A DNA stretch of 63,644 nucleotides, filler included, from Octopus bimaculoides (lineage: Eukaryota), in the NCBI RefSeq assembly GCF_001194135.2. It is 5 parts of 5 records of this genome, joined end to end, with 100 filler letters (N's around TTAATTAATTAA, not from the genome) between each part and the next. Parts side by side here need not be neighbours in the genome. Positions count along the whole stretch, not along the records: positions 1 to 25,792 come from NC_069001.1; 4 more parts are not named here. One strand, given 5' to 3'. This document shows positions 1-13,207 of the stretch, in pieces. Made by a program: the position numbers and the translations under genes. The notes below the pieces were generated by a model that did no database searches, was not told the origin of the DNA, and worked only from the letters and a program-made list of their open reading frames with translations. Position 1 is the stretch's first letter. Each line of letters opens with the position of its first letter.

Positions 1-46
<46 letters not shown>
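1..46. repeat. (GA)n microsatellite
   Basis: Perfect GA run at window start. Confidence 0.98.
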
Positions 47-48
<2 letters not shown>

Positions 49-330
49 ATCATCTTATGTCGATAAAATATTTGCATATTTCAAATGACATTACGTGCGG
101 GGTAGAGCAGCAGAGACGGAATATTCGGATAAAGATTTAATCTCCAGTATATTGTCATTTTACATTCTCTTACTTCATTCATTCATTCATTGATGCTTTA
201 CATACACATACTTACACACACATATACCTATACATAAATATATACATACACACTCACATATAAATTTATTTAAGAATAAGTAGGTGCATATATAAAAACC
301 CTATTTTCTTTTTCGCTTTTTCCTTATATT

Positions 331-331
331 T

Positions 332-379
<48 letters not shown>

Positions 380-718
380 TACATATGTATTATATATATA
401 CATATGTATTCACACACACACATATATATATACATATACATATATATACGAATATATATATACATATACATACAAATATATATATACATATATATACAAA
501 TATATATATTTGTATATATATGTATATATATATTTGTATATATATATATATTTGTATGTATATGTATATATATATATATTCGTATATATATGTATATGTA
601 TATATATATATGTGTGTGTGTGTATGAATACATATGTATATATATAATACATATGTATGCATATATATATGCATATATATATACATATATATATGCACAC
701 ACACACACACACACACAT
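331..718. repeat. (TA)n/(CA)n compound microsatellite
   Basis: Degenerate TA/TG/CA dinucleotide tract; source of the YI/CV-rich spurious ORFs. Confidence 0.95.
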
Positions 719-1654
719 ATAACATCACGTATAATGTTGTGCAAATTTACTTACAGCGACACGTTGGATTACATCCAGCGTGAAATCTTATTATGAACAT
801 TACAATTTGTACTTTTATTCGCATTTTTTGTTGTCATTGTTTTTTAGTTGATGTAGAATTATTTTTCTTTTCATTTCTTTTCTTTTTACCGTCTGAATGT
901 ATAGTACTTTGCCTATCTTTTGCCCACTGGCTTGAAAACTTTGTATTTAGTCATCTTTAAAAATACATAAAAAAAAGTACAACACGAAAAAAAATATAGA
1001 ATTAACTACAAAATTGACAAATCGATAATGTAAAAAATTCCATCAAAAAAATAAAACATAAAAGTCTTAAAAAAAAAAATTAGCAAAAAAAAAAAAGAAA
1101 AAAAAGCGGAACTCAGAAGCGGTCGAAACTGGAATGTAAAAGAGCGGAAGTGCTGTGATCCGAACCTAGATGAATAGATGCAAATCATTCAAGTCACAAG
1201 ACAGACTTGAACGTTGGCGTTAAAACTTTCACCTAAAAGATTAACTGGTTTCAATAACAACNNNNNNNNNNNNNNNNNNNNNNNNNNNNNNNNNNNNNNN
1301 NNNNNNNNNNNNNNNNNNNNNNNNNNNNNNNNNNNNNNNNNNNNNNNNNNNNNNNNNNNNNNNNNNNNNNNNNNNNNNNNNNNNNNNNNNNNNNNNNNNN
1401 NNNNNNNNNNNNNNNNNNNNNNNNNNNNNNNNNNNNNNNNNNNNNNNNNNNNNNNNNNNNNNNNNNNNNNNNNNNNNNNNNNNNNNNNNNNNNNNNNNNN
1501 NNNNNNNNNNNNNNNNNNNNNNNNNNNNNNNNNNNNNNNNNNNNNNNNNNNNNNNNNNNNNNNNNNNNNNNNNNNNNNNNNNNNNNNNNNNNNNNNNNNN
1601 NNNNNNNNNNNNNNNTGTGCGTGTGTGTGCGCGCGTTTGTATGTGTGTAACATA

Positions 1655-1957
1655 AGGCGGCGAGTTGGCAGAAACGTTAGCACGCCGGGCGAAATGCATA
1701 GCAGTATTTCGTCTGTCTTTACGTTCTGAGTTCAGATTCCGCCGAGGTCGACTTTGCCTTTCATCCTTTCGGGGTCGATAAATTAAGTACCAGTTACGTA
1801 CTGTTGTCGATGTAATCAACTTAATCCCTTTGTCTGTCCTTGTTTGTCCCCTCTATGTTTAGCCCCTTGTGGGCAATAAAGAAATAAGAAACGTTATCAC
1901 GTCGGGCGAAATGCTTAGCGGTATTTCGTCTCTCTTTACGTTCTGAGTTCAAATTCC
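1655..1957 (+). mobile_element. tRNA-derived SINE family A, full copy followed by a second 5'-clipped head
   Basis: ggcggcgagttggcagaaacgttagcacgccgggcg head, B-box-like gagttcagattcc, tail aaagaaataagaaac running into a second head; many homologous copies in the window. Confidence 0.85.
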
Positions 1958-1959
1958 AT

Positions 1960-2260
1960 TTAGAAAGGGTGAACTTGGGGTTAGATGCTTAAATGGTTGA
2001 TATCCCCGAGTGGTTAGATGAACAGAGTGGTTGATATTTGTAAGTAGTTTGACGGTGGTATGGTTCATAGCTTTGTGCGCATAGATGGAAGATTGGTCGG
2101 CATCCTAGTGTGGTTAGATAGTTTACTGGATACTTGGCTGATTGGCTAAGATCTGTCTCTTCAGTCAAGTTTCCACATTATCTTTAGAGTTTCGGCCGGT
2201 TACACTTGAGGCTGTTCAAATCTGGCTGGCCACGAAAATCTAAGTTAAAAGCATGAAATC
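1960..2260 (-). mobile_element. Penelope-like RT fragment (degraded)
   Basis: Minus translation contains VNYLTTL and YEPYH...SNH, resembling the Penelope RT C-terminal YKPYRKP...SNHP motif. Confidence 0.4.
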
Positions 2261-2324
2261 TTTTGGGAGAAAGCAAGCGTATGTGTAGGACAACAAAGAC
2301 AATAAAAACGAACCCCACACACGT

Positions 2325-2359
<35 letters not shown>

Positions 2360-2409
2360 CCTATGTATGTATGAATGTTTGTCTGTGTATATATGTTTGT
2401 GTGTACGCA

Positions 2410-2648
2410 TATGTGTATATGTCTTTGTGTCTGTCTTTGTCTTTCACCATCGCTTAACTATCGGTGTTGTTGTGTTTACGTCATGTAACTTAGCGCTTCG
2501 GCATAAGAAACTGATCGAGTAAGTACCAGGCTTAAGAGAAAGAAGAGAAAAGTACTGGGGTCAATTCATTCAACAAAAATTCTTCAATGTGGTGCTCTAG
2601 CATGGCCGCACTCTAACCACTGAAGGAAGTAAAACGATAAGAAAAAAG
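2410..2648 (+). mobile_element. SINE family B, 3' half
   Basis: catcgctt...ggtgttgttgtgtttacgtc...ggtgctctagcatggccgca homologous to the 3' half of the 34008-34436 copy. Confidence 0.8.
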
Positions 2649-3199
2649 AGGTATGTATGTATGTATGTATGAAAGCATGGATGTACACACATACACACAC
2701 GCACGCACACATGCACATATGTTTACACATACATACATGTATGTGTACACAGACGCACAAATATTTACAAAAGCTCAGATACCTACGCATTTCCAAGGCT
2801 GGCATGTTACCATCATGCTTCTGTCAGCCTTTTCAACGTCTTCCTCTTCCGTCACCTCTTCCTTCAACTCTCAAACAGCCACTTTAGTTCTCACCATACA
2901 TAATTACAAACAGTTACACGAAACACTATAAAACAAAGCTTAAAAAAGAACAAGGAATGCGAATGTAAATAAATAGTATTAAATGATATCAAGAGAGCTT
3001 ATTGTGTGAAGTTTTCTTCTATCCTCTCTCATTTCTATTTATTTATTTATTTTATTTATTTTATTCAATTATTTACTTTATACATAGATTTATTTTAAGC
3101 ACTTAATGCATGTACAATGTATAAAAATACGTATGTGCTTACTCGCTCGCTTGCTCACAACACCTTCCCTCACACAGATGCTGATATATGTGGGTGCGT

Positions 3200-3339
3200 A
3201 TATGTATGTATGTATGTATATATATATATATGTATGTATATATATATATATATATATATATACACGCATATATGTAAATATATGTATGCTTATATATGTA
3301 CACATATAATATGCAGAAAGGTTTATAATCTAAGCTGTG

Positions 3340-3375
<36 letters not shown>

Positions 3376-3438
3376 GTATGCATTTACATATATACATATA
3401 TATGTACATATATATATATACACACACACACACACATA

Positions 3439-3470
<32 letters not shown>

Positions 3471-3600
3471 CATAATACATACATGTATGCATGTATATAT
3501 ATAAATGTATGCATATATATATGTACACATATATAAACGTCTGTATATATGTATACACATATATACGCAGGCACGCAGAGATACATATATGTATGTATAG
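3200..3600. repeat. (TA)n/(CA)n compound microsatellite
   Basis: Dinucleotide tract. Confidence 0.9.
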
Positions 3601-4207
3601 AATAACTTTTATTTCACACTTCACATTCCCCGAACTTTTTCCTCAAATTGTGTTTCTGGTTTTATCTTTATAAAACCACTTATTTCTTTGTCCTGTAGTA
3701 AGACTTCATCATCTCAATCTCTCTTATAATTACCTCCCTTTCCTTCTCTCCACCCACTCACCACCCTCACTGCCTTTCTCTCTACAATCCTAGGAAACTA
3801 TCGCCATTGTTTACGCTAGTTTATTCAGTGTTGTATCTCTCACAGCAAGAAATTCTCATCGTTTCTGCTTCAACAACTTTGATTTCTTTCACTTGTGACA
3901 CAGTAACTTAACTTGTTATTTGTTCTTTGTTTCTAAATCTTTCAATTCAGTCTTGTTTCTCTCTCTGCTTCATGAAAATTACTTGAGCTCACAACAGAGT
4001 GTTTATTTGATTTATTTGAAATAACAGCTAAATCTCCCTCAGATAACAACGTAACGGCCATGAAAATTGAAAGCGAATAGACATTGGGTAATGTCATCGT
4101 CCTACAATGTTCTGTGTATATGAAGAACAACGAAGAAAGAGACAACGTAGACACGACTGGAAGACCTATGGGCGCAGGTCTGCGTCTTAGGATTCGTATC
4201 TATATGG

Positions 4208-4380
4208 GTTTCAAATTTTGAGAAATGGCCAGCAATTTGTGGGGGGTGAGGTGAGACGATTACGTCTGTCCTAGTGCTCAACTGGTACTTATGAAAAGTA
4301 TGAAAGGCAAGCTCCACCTCGGCAGAACTTGAACTCAGAATGTAAAGACGGACGAAATGCTGCTAAGCATTTTTGCCCGG
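4208..4380 (-). mobile_element. SINE family A, degenerate
   Basis: Reverse-complement match to family A (ttgaactcagaatgtaaagacggacgaaatgc). Confidence 0.8.
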
Positions 4381-4593
4381 AGTACTTACGATTTTGCTTG
4401 CGCACCATTAGTTCTCATTTGAAAATTGGAGGAGGAATAAAAAAAAAAAACAACTTACACTTACCGAAGTTAAAGGAGGAAGGGTTTTCTCAAAATTATA
4501 TGACTATGCATGAAAGCAACTCACACATACAAACACATGCATGCACCTACACAAATGCGTAGAATCACACATACACACAACTGAAAAGCATAA

Positions 4594-5112
4594 TCTTTTA
4601 CTCTTACTTGTTTCAGTCATTTGACTGCAGCCATGCTGGAGCACCGCCTTTAGTCGAGCAAATCGACCCCGGGACTTATTCTTTGTAAGCCTAGTACTTA
4701 TTCTATCGGTCTCTTTTTGCCGAACCACTAAGTGGCGGGGACATAAACACAGAAACATCGGTTGTCAAGCAATGCTAGGGGGANNNNNNNNNNNNNNNNN
4801 NNNNNNNNNNNNNNNNNNNNNNNNNNNNNNNNNNNNNNNNNNNNNNNNNNNNNNNNNNNNNNNNNNNNNNNNNNNNNNNNNNNNNNNNNNNNNNNNNNNN
4901 NNNNNNNNNNNNNNNNNNNNNNNNNNNNNNNNNNNNNNATACATATATACGACGAGCTTCTTTCAGTTTCCGTCTACCAAATCCACTCACAAGGCTTTGG
5001 TCGGCCCGAGGCTATAGTAGAAGACATTTGCCGAAGATGCCACGCAGTGAGACTGAACCCAGAACCATGTGGTTGGTAAGCAAGCTACTTACCACACAGC
5101 CACTCCTGCGCC
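4594..5112 (-). mobile_element. SINE family B, full length with central microsatellite/gap
   Basis: Reverse complement of ggcgcaggagtggctgtgtggtaag head and gactgaaacaagtaagagtaaaag tail. Confidence 0.9.
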
Positions 5113-6265
5113 TATGGCATATGAAAAATATGTGGATAAACATATGCAAGAGAAAAAAAAAAACTACAGAGTGCAACGTAAATAATTCCTACTGGTTAAA
5201 TGTCATTCATTTTCGAAACCGGAGAGGAGAAAATTTTTGTGTGATTTCATTTGTTAAAATTTTACATTATCCAGTTTAATCACACAAATGTAAATTCCTA
5301 CAAAGTTGGTTTTTCCAAGATACTATGTAATAATAATCACTGAACGCGGATTTAATCCATTTTTATTCGAAAATAAGATTAACATTTCATAGAAGCAAAC
5401 TTGCATCGGATATTTGAACGGAAACTAGCAAAACATAAGTCGTGGAACGCAACAGATTATATTTCTTTTTCTAACATGATATGATTTGAGATAGTATTGT
5501 CCATATCTCCTTTCAGGTATCATAAATGGAAGGATTTGTTGATAAAATCTCAATTTAAAACAGTTTTCGATAAATCACGTACAAGATAATAGAATCGTAT
5601 TGTTAACGAATTAGATTTACTACAACAGATTAATAATTACTGATGAACCGATAATTATTGGAAACGAGACTGTTATAAGCAGAAGAAAAAAATATTGCTC
5701 TTCAGTGCGTTTTTGGGGTTAAGATTTTAGAGGAAACTTTGCAAAGTTCTTCAACAAGAATACTTAACTTTTAATGTATTCCAATTAAAAAAGAGTGTGA
5801 CATTTTTGCTTTATAGGAAAACGAAAAGAAATTAAATTAAAAAAGTTTCTGGCCATATGAGAATGAACACTTGGGCTAAGTTCTGGATAGTAATATAAAA
5901 TAACTTGTCTGTTTTTATACTTTGGAATGTTGGTGCGACCTCTATATAGAATTTTGTCTGTGAAACAAAAAGGAAACCATTATTCTGAAGCACTATGTTA
6001 TAATTATAAGAACAATTAGCTATAGGTTAACTCTAAATGATTAAACTGAATAATGTAAAATTTTAACAAATGGAACCACACGATGACACTTAACCATTAC
6101 CAACTATTTACGAGTACGTTGTACTCTGTTTGTAGCTTTTGACACTCTTACCTATATTTATCTGCATATTTTTCATATGTTTTTCAGTTGTGTGTAGAAT
6201 GTGTGATTTGTTACAGATATATATCAGATTTGTTATATATATAGACAGATAGCGAATATATATAT

Positions 6266-6478
6266 GATTTCAAATTTTGGCACGAGTTCAACAAGTGCAG
6301 GTGATTGGGAAAATCGATTACATCAATTCTAATGCTCAACTGATAGTCATTTTATCGATCCCGAAGGGATGAAAGGCAGAGTCGACCTCGGCGGCATTTG
6401 AATTCGAAACGTAAAGACAGACGAAATGCCGCTAAGCATTTCGCTCGGCGTCTTAGCGATTCTGCCAGCTCGCTGCCT
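6266..6478 (-). mobile_element. SINE family A
   Basis: Full reverse-complement copy. Confidence 0.85.
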
Positions 6479-7050
6479 TAGAATATTCTGCAATTAAAAT
6501 TATATTCTAAGGCGGATTGAATCAATGGTTCAGTATTACTGGAATCTAACTGAGAATTATGTGGAATAACCTGCAATTTAAGCTATAATATTAGAGAAGC
6601 CCCATGAGGAATCAAAAGGCCAAAAAAAAATAATGCAATTTGTCACATTGAGTCCTTGTGGAATACTGAGACACATTTTACGCTTTATAAAACAATGAGT
6701 AAAAATTTCTATTCTTTTGTAAACACTTTCTGTTCAAATCGCCTCTAGAACCATATACGCGCGTACAGCTAACATATGTGAAGGTGTTTTGTTTTTAGGA
6801 AATAATTAAAATAATACAGTTGTAGCCAATGACAGGAAAACATATATGATTTTAAATTTAAAAAGAATTAAAGAATTGTAAATTAAAAAAAGTAAAAAAA
6901 AAAATAGAACAAAGCTAGAAGGAGGAAATAAAGAAAATATTTATATAAAGGGTTGTCAGATAAATTCGTTCGTTTATTTTTTTTTTTTCCATTTCCTTGA
7001 TTTTATTCCCTTCAAATGTTATTCGAATTAAAATATTTTTCTCGTAATAA

Positions 7051-7250
7051 GCCGGCGAGCTGGCAGAAACGTTAGCACGTCGGGCGAAATGCTTAGCGAT
7101 ATTTCGTCTGACTTCACATTCTGAGTTCAAATTGCGCCGAGATCGACTTTGCCTTTCATCCTTTCAGGGTGGATAAATTAAGAAACAGTTGCGTACTGGG
7201 GTCGATCTAATCGGCTGGCCCACACCCCCAAAATTTCGGGCCTTATTTTT
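7051..7250 (+). mobile_element. SINE family A with probable 13-bp TSD
   Basis: tatttttctcgta at 7034-7046 and 7244-7256 flanks the copy. Confidence 0.85.
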
Positions 7251-7554
7251 CTCGTAGTGCTCTATGGTTTTTGTAGATCTAAAATCTACACCAATTTTTG
7301 TCATCATTTGTGAAATTTGNNNNNNNNNNNNNNNNNNNNNNNNNNNNNNNNNNNNNNNNNNNNNNNNNNNNNNNNNNNNNNNNNNNNNNNNNNNNNNNNN
7401 NNNNNNNNNNNNNNNNNNNNNNNNNNNNNNNNNNNNNNNNNNNNNNNNNNNAAACAAAGAAGCAAAAATAAAAAAGAAATTTAAAAAAAAGTAACAAGAA
7501 AAATATGAAAACTGGACGAATTTAACTGCCGCTCGAATAGTTTATTTAATTGCG

Positions 7555-8170
7555 AGGCAGCGAGCTGGCAGAACCGTTTGCGCGCCGGACAAAATACTAA
7601 GCGGCATTGTGCTTGTCTTTACGTTCTGAGTGCAAATTCCGTCGGGGTGGATGAAATAAGTTCCGTTTGGCAATCAGGGGAGGGGTTGTCGATGTAATCG
7701 ATTTTAATCCCTCCCTCGCAATTGCAAGCTTTGTGCCATAATTTGAAACCAATAGCTTATCTAATTCCAAGGCGGCGAGCTGGCAGAATCGTTAGCGCGC
7801 CGGGCAAAATACTTAGCGGCGTTTCATTCGGCTTTACGATCTAAGTTCAAATTCCGCCAAGGTCGACTTAACTTTTCATACGTTCGGGGTCGATGAAATA
7901 AGTATCAGTTAGCAATCTGGGGGTCGATGTAATCGACTTTAACCCCATCCCCCGAAAATGCTGGCCTTCTGCTATAATTTGAAACCAGTAGCTTGTTCAA
8001 TTCCAAGGTAGCGAACTGGTAGAATCGTTAGCGCGCCCGGCATTTGTCCATCTTTACGTTCTGAGTTCAAATTCCACCGGAGTCCACTTTCGGTTTCGAT
8101 AAAATAAGTATCAGCTTGTAATCCCCTTACACCCTCCCTTGAAACTGTTGCCCTTGAGCCAAAATTTGAA
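7555..8170 (+). mobile_element. Three head-to-tail SINE family A copies
   Basis: Heads at about 7555, 7770 and 8006, separated by related tag(c/t)tt.t.taatt.c.ag spacers. Confidence 0.85.
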
Positions 8171-9770
8171 AGTAACATTTTATTTAATTCCTCTCGCTTT
8201 GGTATTTTTTTTTATCTTCGACATTTTAATCGTTTTATAAAAAATACAAACAAATAAATGGATAAATAAATAAAAACAAATATATTTCTTTAATTAAACT
8301 CAAACATTTATCGCTTAGATTTTGTTTTCACTCTCCAACTATCAGGAAGAAATTTTCAATTAATTAAGAATTTTCTTTTGCCTACATCATTCACTAAATG
8401 ACCCTTTCACAGATTCATCAAAATTCATGTCATTATCCCACTTGAGTTATCTCTCTTAGGTCATTTCATTTATTTAAAATTCTTCATTTTCTTTGAGTCA
8501 ACCTTGACCTGATTTCAACAGCTGTCAAGGAATAATCCGAAGTCGACACTACGTCTAATGAGGCAAATTCCGTCATTTTAATTCATTCATAATGAAACTA
8601 ATTTATTTATTTATTGTTACTCGTTTCCTTATTTTTTTCCCCCTATTTTAATCTATTTTTGCATGCTGTACGAAGTGGAAAGTATTGAGACATTAAATGG
8701 TGAACACACACACACACACGCACGCACACACACACGTACACACATACATACATATATACACAGAGAGGCACATAAACAAACATACCCAAATACACATTCT
8801 CTCTCACATACTTACAGACAAAGCAATACATTAATATACATAGCTACATACGTATATATATATATATATATATATNNNNNNNNNNNNNNNNNNNNNNNNN
8901 NNNNNNNNNNNNNNNNNNNNNNNNNNNNNNNNNNNNNNNNNNNNNNNNNNNNNNNNNNNNNNNNNNNNNNNNNNNNNNNNNNNNNNNNNNNNNNNNNNNN
9001 NNNNNNNNNNNNNNNNNNNNNNNNNNNNNNNNNNNNNNNNNNNNNNNNNNNNNNNNNNNNNNNNNNNNNNNNNNNNNNNNNNNNNNNNNNNNNNNNNNNN
9101 NNNNNNNNNNNNNNNNNNNNNNNNNNNNNNNNNNNNNNNNNNNNNNNNNNNNNNNNNNNNNNNNNNNNNNNNATATATATATATATATATATAGGTATAT
9201 ATATATGTGTGTGTGTATGTGTATTTAATATATGTATGCGCTTGTAAGTGTGTGTATGACTGTTAGTGTGCGTGTATGCATATATAGTCACTTATAATAT
9301 TAATATTATAAGCAAGGCAATAATTTCGGAAATAATTTATTCTTATGACCATAATTAATATTTATGTGTGTCCATAAATTTTAATTCCCACGAGCTTGCT
9401 TTAATTATAATTTACATTCTAAAAGCGATTCCTTTTCTTGATTCTTCGCACTATACCTTTTAATGGGGTCAGCTTCTAAACATAGTGTATATACGATGTA
9501 TGACTGCATGCTTTATGTGTTCGTGATACTGGTAAAGTATTATAGAATAATTGATAACATGGGTGTAATAGCATTGTAATCTAATCGAAGTGTCACTTCA
9601 TTTCTGGTCGCTACCCTTTGCAATTAGGCAATGATTCTGGGCTCTGCAGTATCATGCTAGCCCACTCCATCTTGTTAGAGCTTGGCTGGTGATTCCATTT
9701 ACCGTAATTCTTCACTAATATGTTTTATTAGTTTCGGAAGGATAATGCAAAATGTTAAGGGCTGGAATAA

Positions 9771-10196
9771 ATATCCTTTTCTACTATAAACACAAGGCCT
9801 GGAATTTTAGAGGAGGGATCTGATCGATTACATCAACCCCAGTGCTTGACTGGTACTCCGAAAGGCAGAAAGCAAAGTTGACCTCGGAAAAATTTGGACT
9901 TAGAACTTAAAGTCATACGAAATGCCGCTATGCATTCTGGCCCGCGTGCTAACGATTTTTACCAGCTCACCTTCTTTAAGATATGGAATAAATATCGATT
10001 TCAAATTTAGGCACGAGTCCAGCATCTTCGGGGAAGGGAGTAAGTCCATTACATCGATCTCAGCGTTCAACTGGTACTTATTTTATCGCCCTCGAAAGGA
10101 TGAAAAGCAAAGTTGACTTCGGGAGAATTTGAACTCGTACAAAATGCCGCTAAGCTTTTTTACCTGGGGTGCTAACGCTTCTACCAGCTCGCAGCC
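9771..10196 (-). mobile_element. Two tandem SINE family A copies
   Basis: Two reverse copies flanked and separated by ttaag...gaataaata.c at 9755, 9976 and 10198. Confidence 0.8.
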
Positions 10197-10420
10197 TTTA
10201 AGACATAGAATAAATAATCGCAACGCATTTTGCTTAAAGTTTCCATCGATCCCTCCATCAACCATCCTGTCTCGTAAGTTATTTTATTGATTCTTGAAGA
10301 ATTAAAGGAGAAATTAAACATCAAGAGGATTTGATCTGAGAACGCAAAGCATTTCGTGTGATGCTTTAACACTTCCAGCAATCTACCACTGTAAACCTGC
10401 CATAGTTTAATATTCTACTT

Positions 10421-10910
10421 ACTTTTACTTGCGGAGTCATTCACCCGGGGTGTATTGGACCGGCTCCGATCAACGAGTTTACCCATGTCTCCTACGAATG
10501 TTGACCACAGCCGACGAGCAAGCGCGTCGAATAGCGCAGACGCTGTAGCCATCATTCACTGTTGAGGTGTAGGGTTGTTGGGGTGTTGTCGTCATTCGCT
10601 GTTGAGGTGTAGAGTTCGTGTTCGGAATTTCAGTGAGAATACAAGTTCAAATGTGGTCCCCCGCCATATGCATACACACTTTGGGATAGTGCGATCCGCA
10701 GCAGCTTGTCTTGCCGTGAATTGTCGATCTTCACAGGGGATTCCCGGATCATGACACCGTCGATTATCGGAGCAGACACAGCTTTGGTTTAAAACGGCTT
10801 CTAGAGATATGTTTTAACAAAAGCTAAGAGGTCCCTCACTCACAGTTGTATTCCAGCGCACCGGATCTCGACCCAGAATTTCTGAAGGCCTGTGCTTGTC
10901 AGTTTAATGG
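10421..10910 (-). mobile_element. Probable RTE-clade LINE 3' end
   Basis: GC-rich; minus strand gives GRDPVRWNTTV and a degenerate ...NLYSH motif like RTE C-termini, then a UTR ending aatgactccgcaagtaaaagtaagta. Confidence 0.4.
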
Positions 10911-11042
10911 TTTATAGGGGGCTGGCAGTATTGTTAGAGTGTCGGGAAAATGCTTTGCGGTATTTCTTTCCGGTTGTTTAAATTCTGAATTCAAAGTATA
11001 TATCTAAGTATATATTGGAGGCAAGCAATGGGACACAAGCAC

Positions 11043-11077
<35 letters not shown>

Positions 11078-11269
11078 AAAAAAGAAAAAGAATGACTTCA
11101 CTGGTTGTTCTAATCAGTTTAATTTATTAATTTTTAATTTTTCAATAACATAAATTTAGTTCATAGATCTAGTAAGTTCTTTGTTAACTTCGGTGTGGAG
11201 AATTTTTTTTGTTTTTGAATTATCATGTTAACATCTTCGGAGAAGTTTCTCGCATTCGCTGTCTATATA

Positions 11270-11437
11270 CTTCGACAGGCTTCTTTCAGTTTCCGTCCAG
11301 CAAATCCGTTTACAAGGCGTTGGTCGACCTAAGGCTGTAGCAGAAGACACTTGCCCCCGGTGCCACGCAATGTGACTGAACTCGGAACCATGTGCTTGCG
11401 AACCAAACTCCCCACCACATAGCCACGCCTGCACCTA
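11270..11437 (-). mobile_element. SINE family B, 5' half
   Basis: ggcttctttcagtttccgtc...ccacatagccacgcctgcacc matches the family B head in reverse. Confidence 0.85.
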
Positions 11438-11912
11438 TTTAATCATATAAAATATCCTTTATCTTATTCCGACTCTTAACCACGAATGGAATTCTTAATA
11501 TGAAACGCCAACGTAATGTAACAAGTGTAACTCTATTACATTCTTGGTGAATATATAAACAGATGTATGTAATAAGCCATTCCTTATTGATTTGGTTCCT
11601 CCCACCACACACCTACGTTGTTGCTCCTCCTTACCATTCTTATGGTTTATACACTCAATATTCTTCCCACCAACCAAAGCGTCACGCCTGCCTTCATGCT
11701 TAATTCGTCCTTTCCGATCACCGTTTCCTTCTTTCTTCTATATTTCTTCTCTCCAAATAGATTCGAACAATTAAATCGTATCTATTTACTCATGCTTTTG
11801 ATGAACTGGTTTTCAAGCAATCAAATTCGTTGCAAGAATAAACATTAATCTAGAGATGATGCGTGTATGTGTATATGCTTGTATGTATGTGTGGGTGGGT
11901 GTGTTTATGTTG

Positions 11913-11958
<46 letters not shown>

Positions 11959-12681
11959 GATGAAATGTCCACATGCATCAATACACACGAAATGTACACA
12001 TATAAGTTTGGCTGAGTGGTTAAAGACCTTATTGCACANNNNNNNNNNNNNNNNNNNNNNNNNNNNNNNNNNNNNNNNNNNNNNNNNNNNNNNNNNNNNN
12101 NNNNNNNNNNNNNNNNNNNNNNNNNNNNNNNNNNNNNNNNNNNNNNNNNNNNNNNNNNNNNNNNNNNNNNNNNNNNNNNNNNNNNNNNNNNNNNNNNNNN
12201 NNNNNNNNNNNNNNNNNNNNNNNNNNNNNNNNNNNNNNNNNNNNNNNNNNNNNNNNNNNNNNNNNNNNNNNNNNNNNNNNNNNNNNNNNNNNNNNNNNNN
12301 NNNNNNNNNNNNNNNNNNNNNNNNNNNNNNNNNNNNNNNNNNNNNNNNNNNNNNNNNNNNNNNNNNNNNNNNNNNNNNNNNNNNNNNNNNNNNNNNNNNN
12401 NNNNNNNNNNNNNNNNNNNNNNNNNNNNNNNNNNNNNNNNNNNNNNNNNNNNNNNNNNNNNNNNNNNNNNNNNNNNNNNNNNNNNNNNNNNNNNNNNNNN
12501 NNNNNNNNNNNNNNNNNNNNNNNNNNNNNNNNGGAGTCACGATAATTATTCCCCAATACACAGGGAAGGTTTTCGTTTCGTAATTCAACCGTGACCATAT
12601 ACGTCTGAGTATTGGCAAACATGTTTGTGTATGTTAGCTTGATGCTCAACCGCCTATAACTTATAATACCTTGTTGCAGTA

Positions 12682-13119
12682 AAGCGGCGAGGTGGCAGAA
12701 ACGTTAGCACGCCGGGCGAAAAGCTTAGTGGTATTTTGTCTGCCGTTACGTTCTGAGTTCAAAATCCACCAAGGTCGACTTTGCCTTTCATCCTTTCGGG
12801 GTCGATTAAATAAGTACCAGTTACGCACTGGGGTAGATATAATCGACTTAATACGTTTGTCTCCTTGTTTGTCCCCTCTGCGTGTAGCCCCTTGTGGGCA
12901 GTAAAGAAATAAGAAATAAGAAACGTTAGAACGCCGGGCGAGAAGCTTACCGGTATTTCGTCTGTCTTTACATTGAGTTCAAATTCTGCTGAGGTCGACT
13001 TTACCTTTCGTCCTTTCGGGGTCGATAAATTAAGTACCAGTTGCGTAATAGCGTCGACCTAATCGACTGCCCCCCCCCTCACCTAAAATTTCGGGCCTTT
13101 TGTTTAGAGTGGAAAAGAA
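12682..13119 (+). mobile_element. SINE family A dimer
   Basis: Same tail-to-head junction (aagaaataagaaacgttag, 12919) as at 1887. Confidence 0.85.
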
Positions 13120-13207
13120 TATCTTGTAGTAGTTGTTGTAGTGAGCAGGCGTATAAGCAGCTTCTTTCTCGACTTGCTAGAAATTTCAGATGCGTCTGTG
13201 TATATAT

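Noticed and set aside
4020-4080. Apparent terminal exon KSPSDNNVTAMKIESE*
   Set aside because: Its acceptor region (agctaaatctccctca) recurs at about 15178, so it is repeat-derived
5640-5675. CTGATGA...GAAAC hammerhead-like core
   Set aside because: No stem I complement around the core and an implausible stem II; likely chance
8509-8576. Minus-strand ATG-to-donor segment MTEFASLDVVSTSDYSLTAVEI(R)
   Set aside because: Only 68 nt, non-consensus donor (GTCAAG), no supported downstream exon or homology
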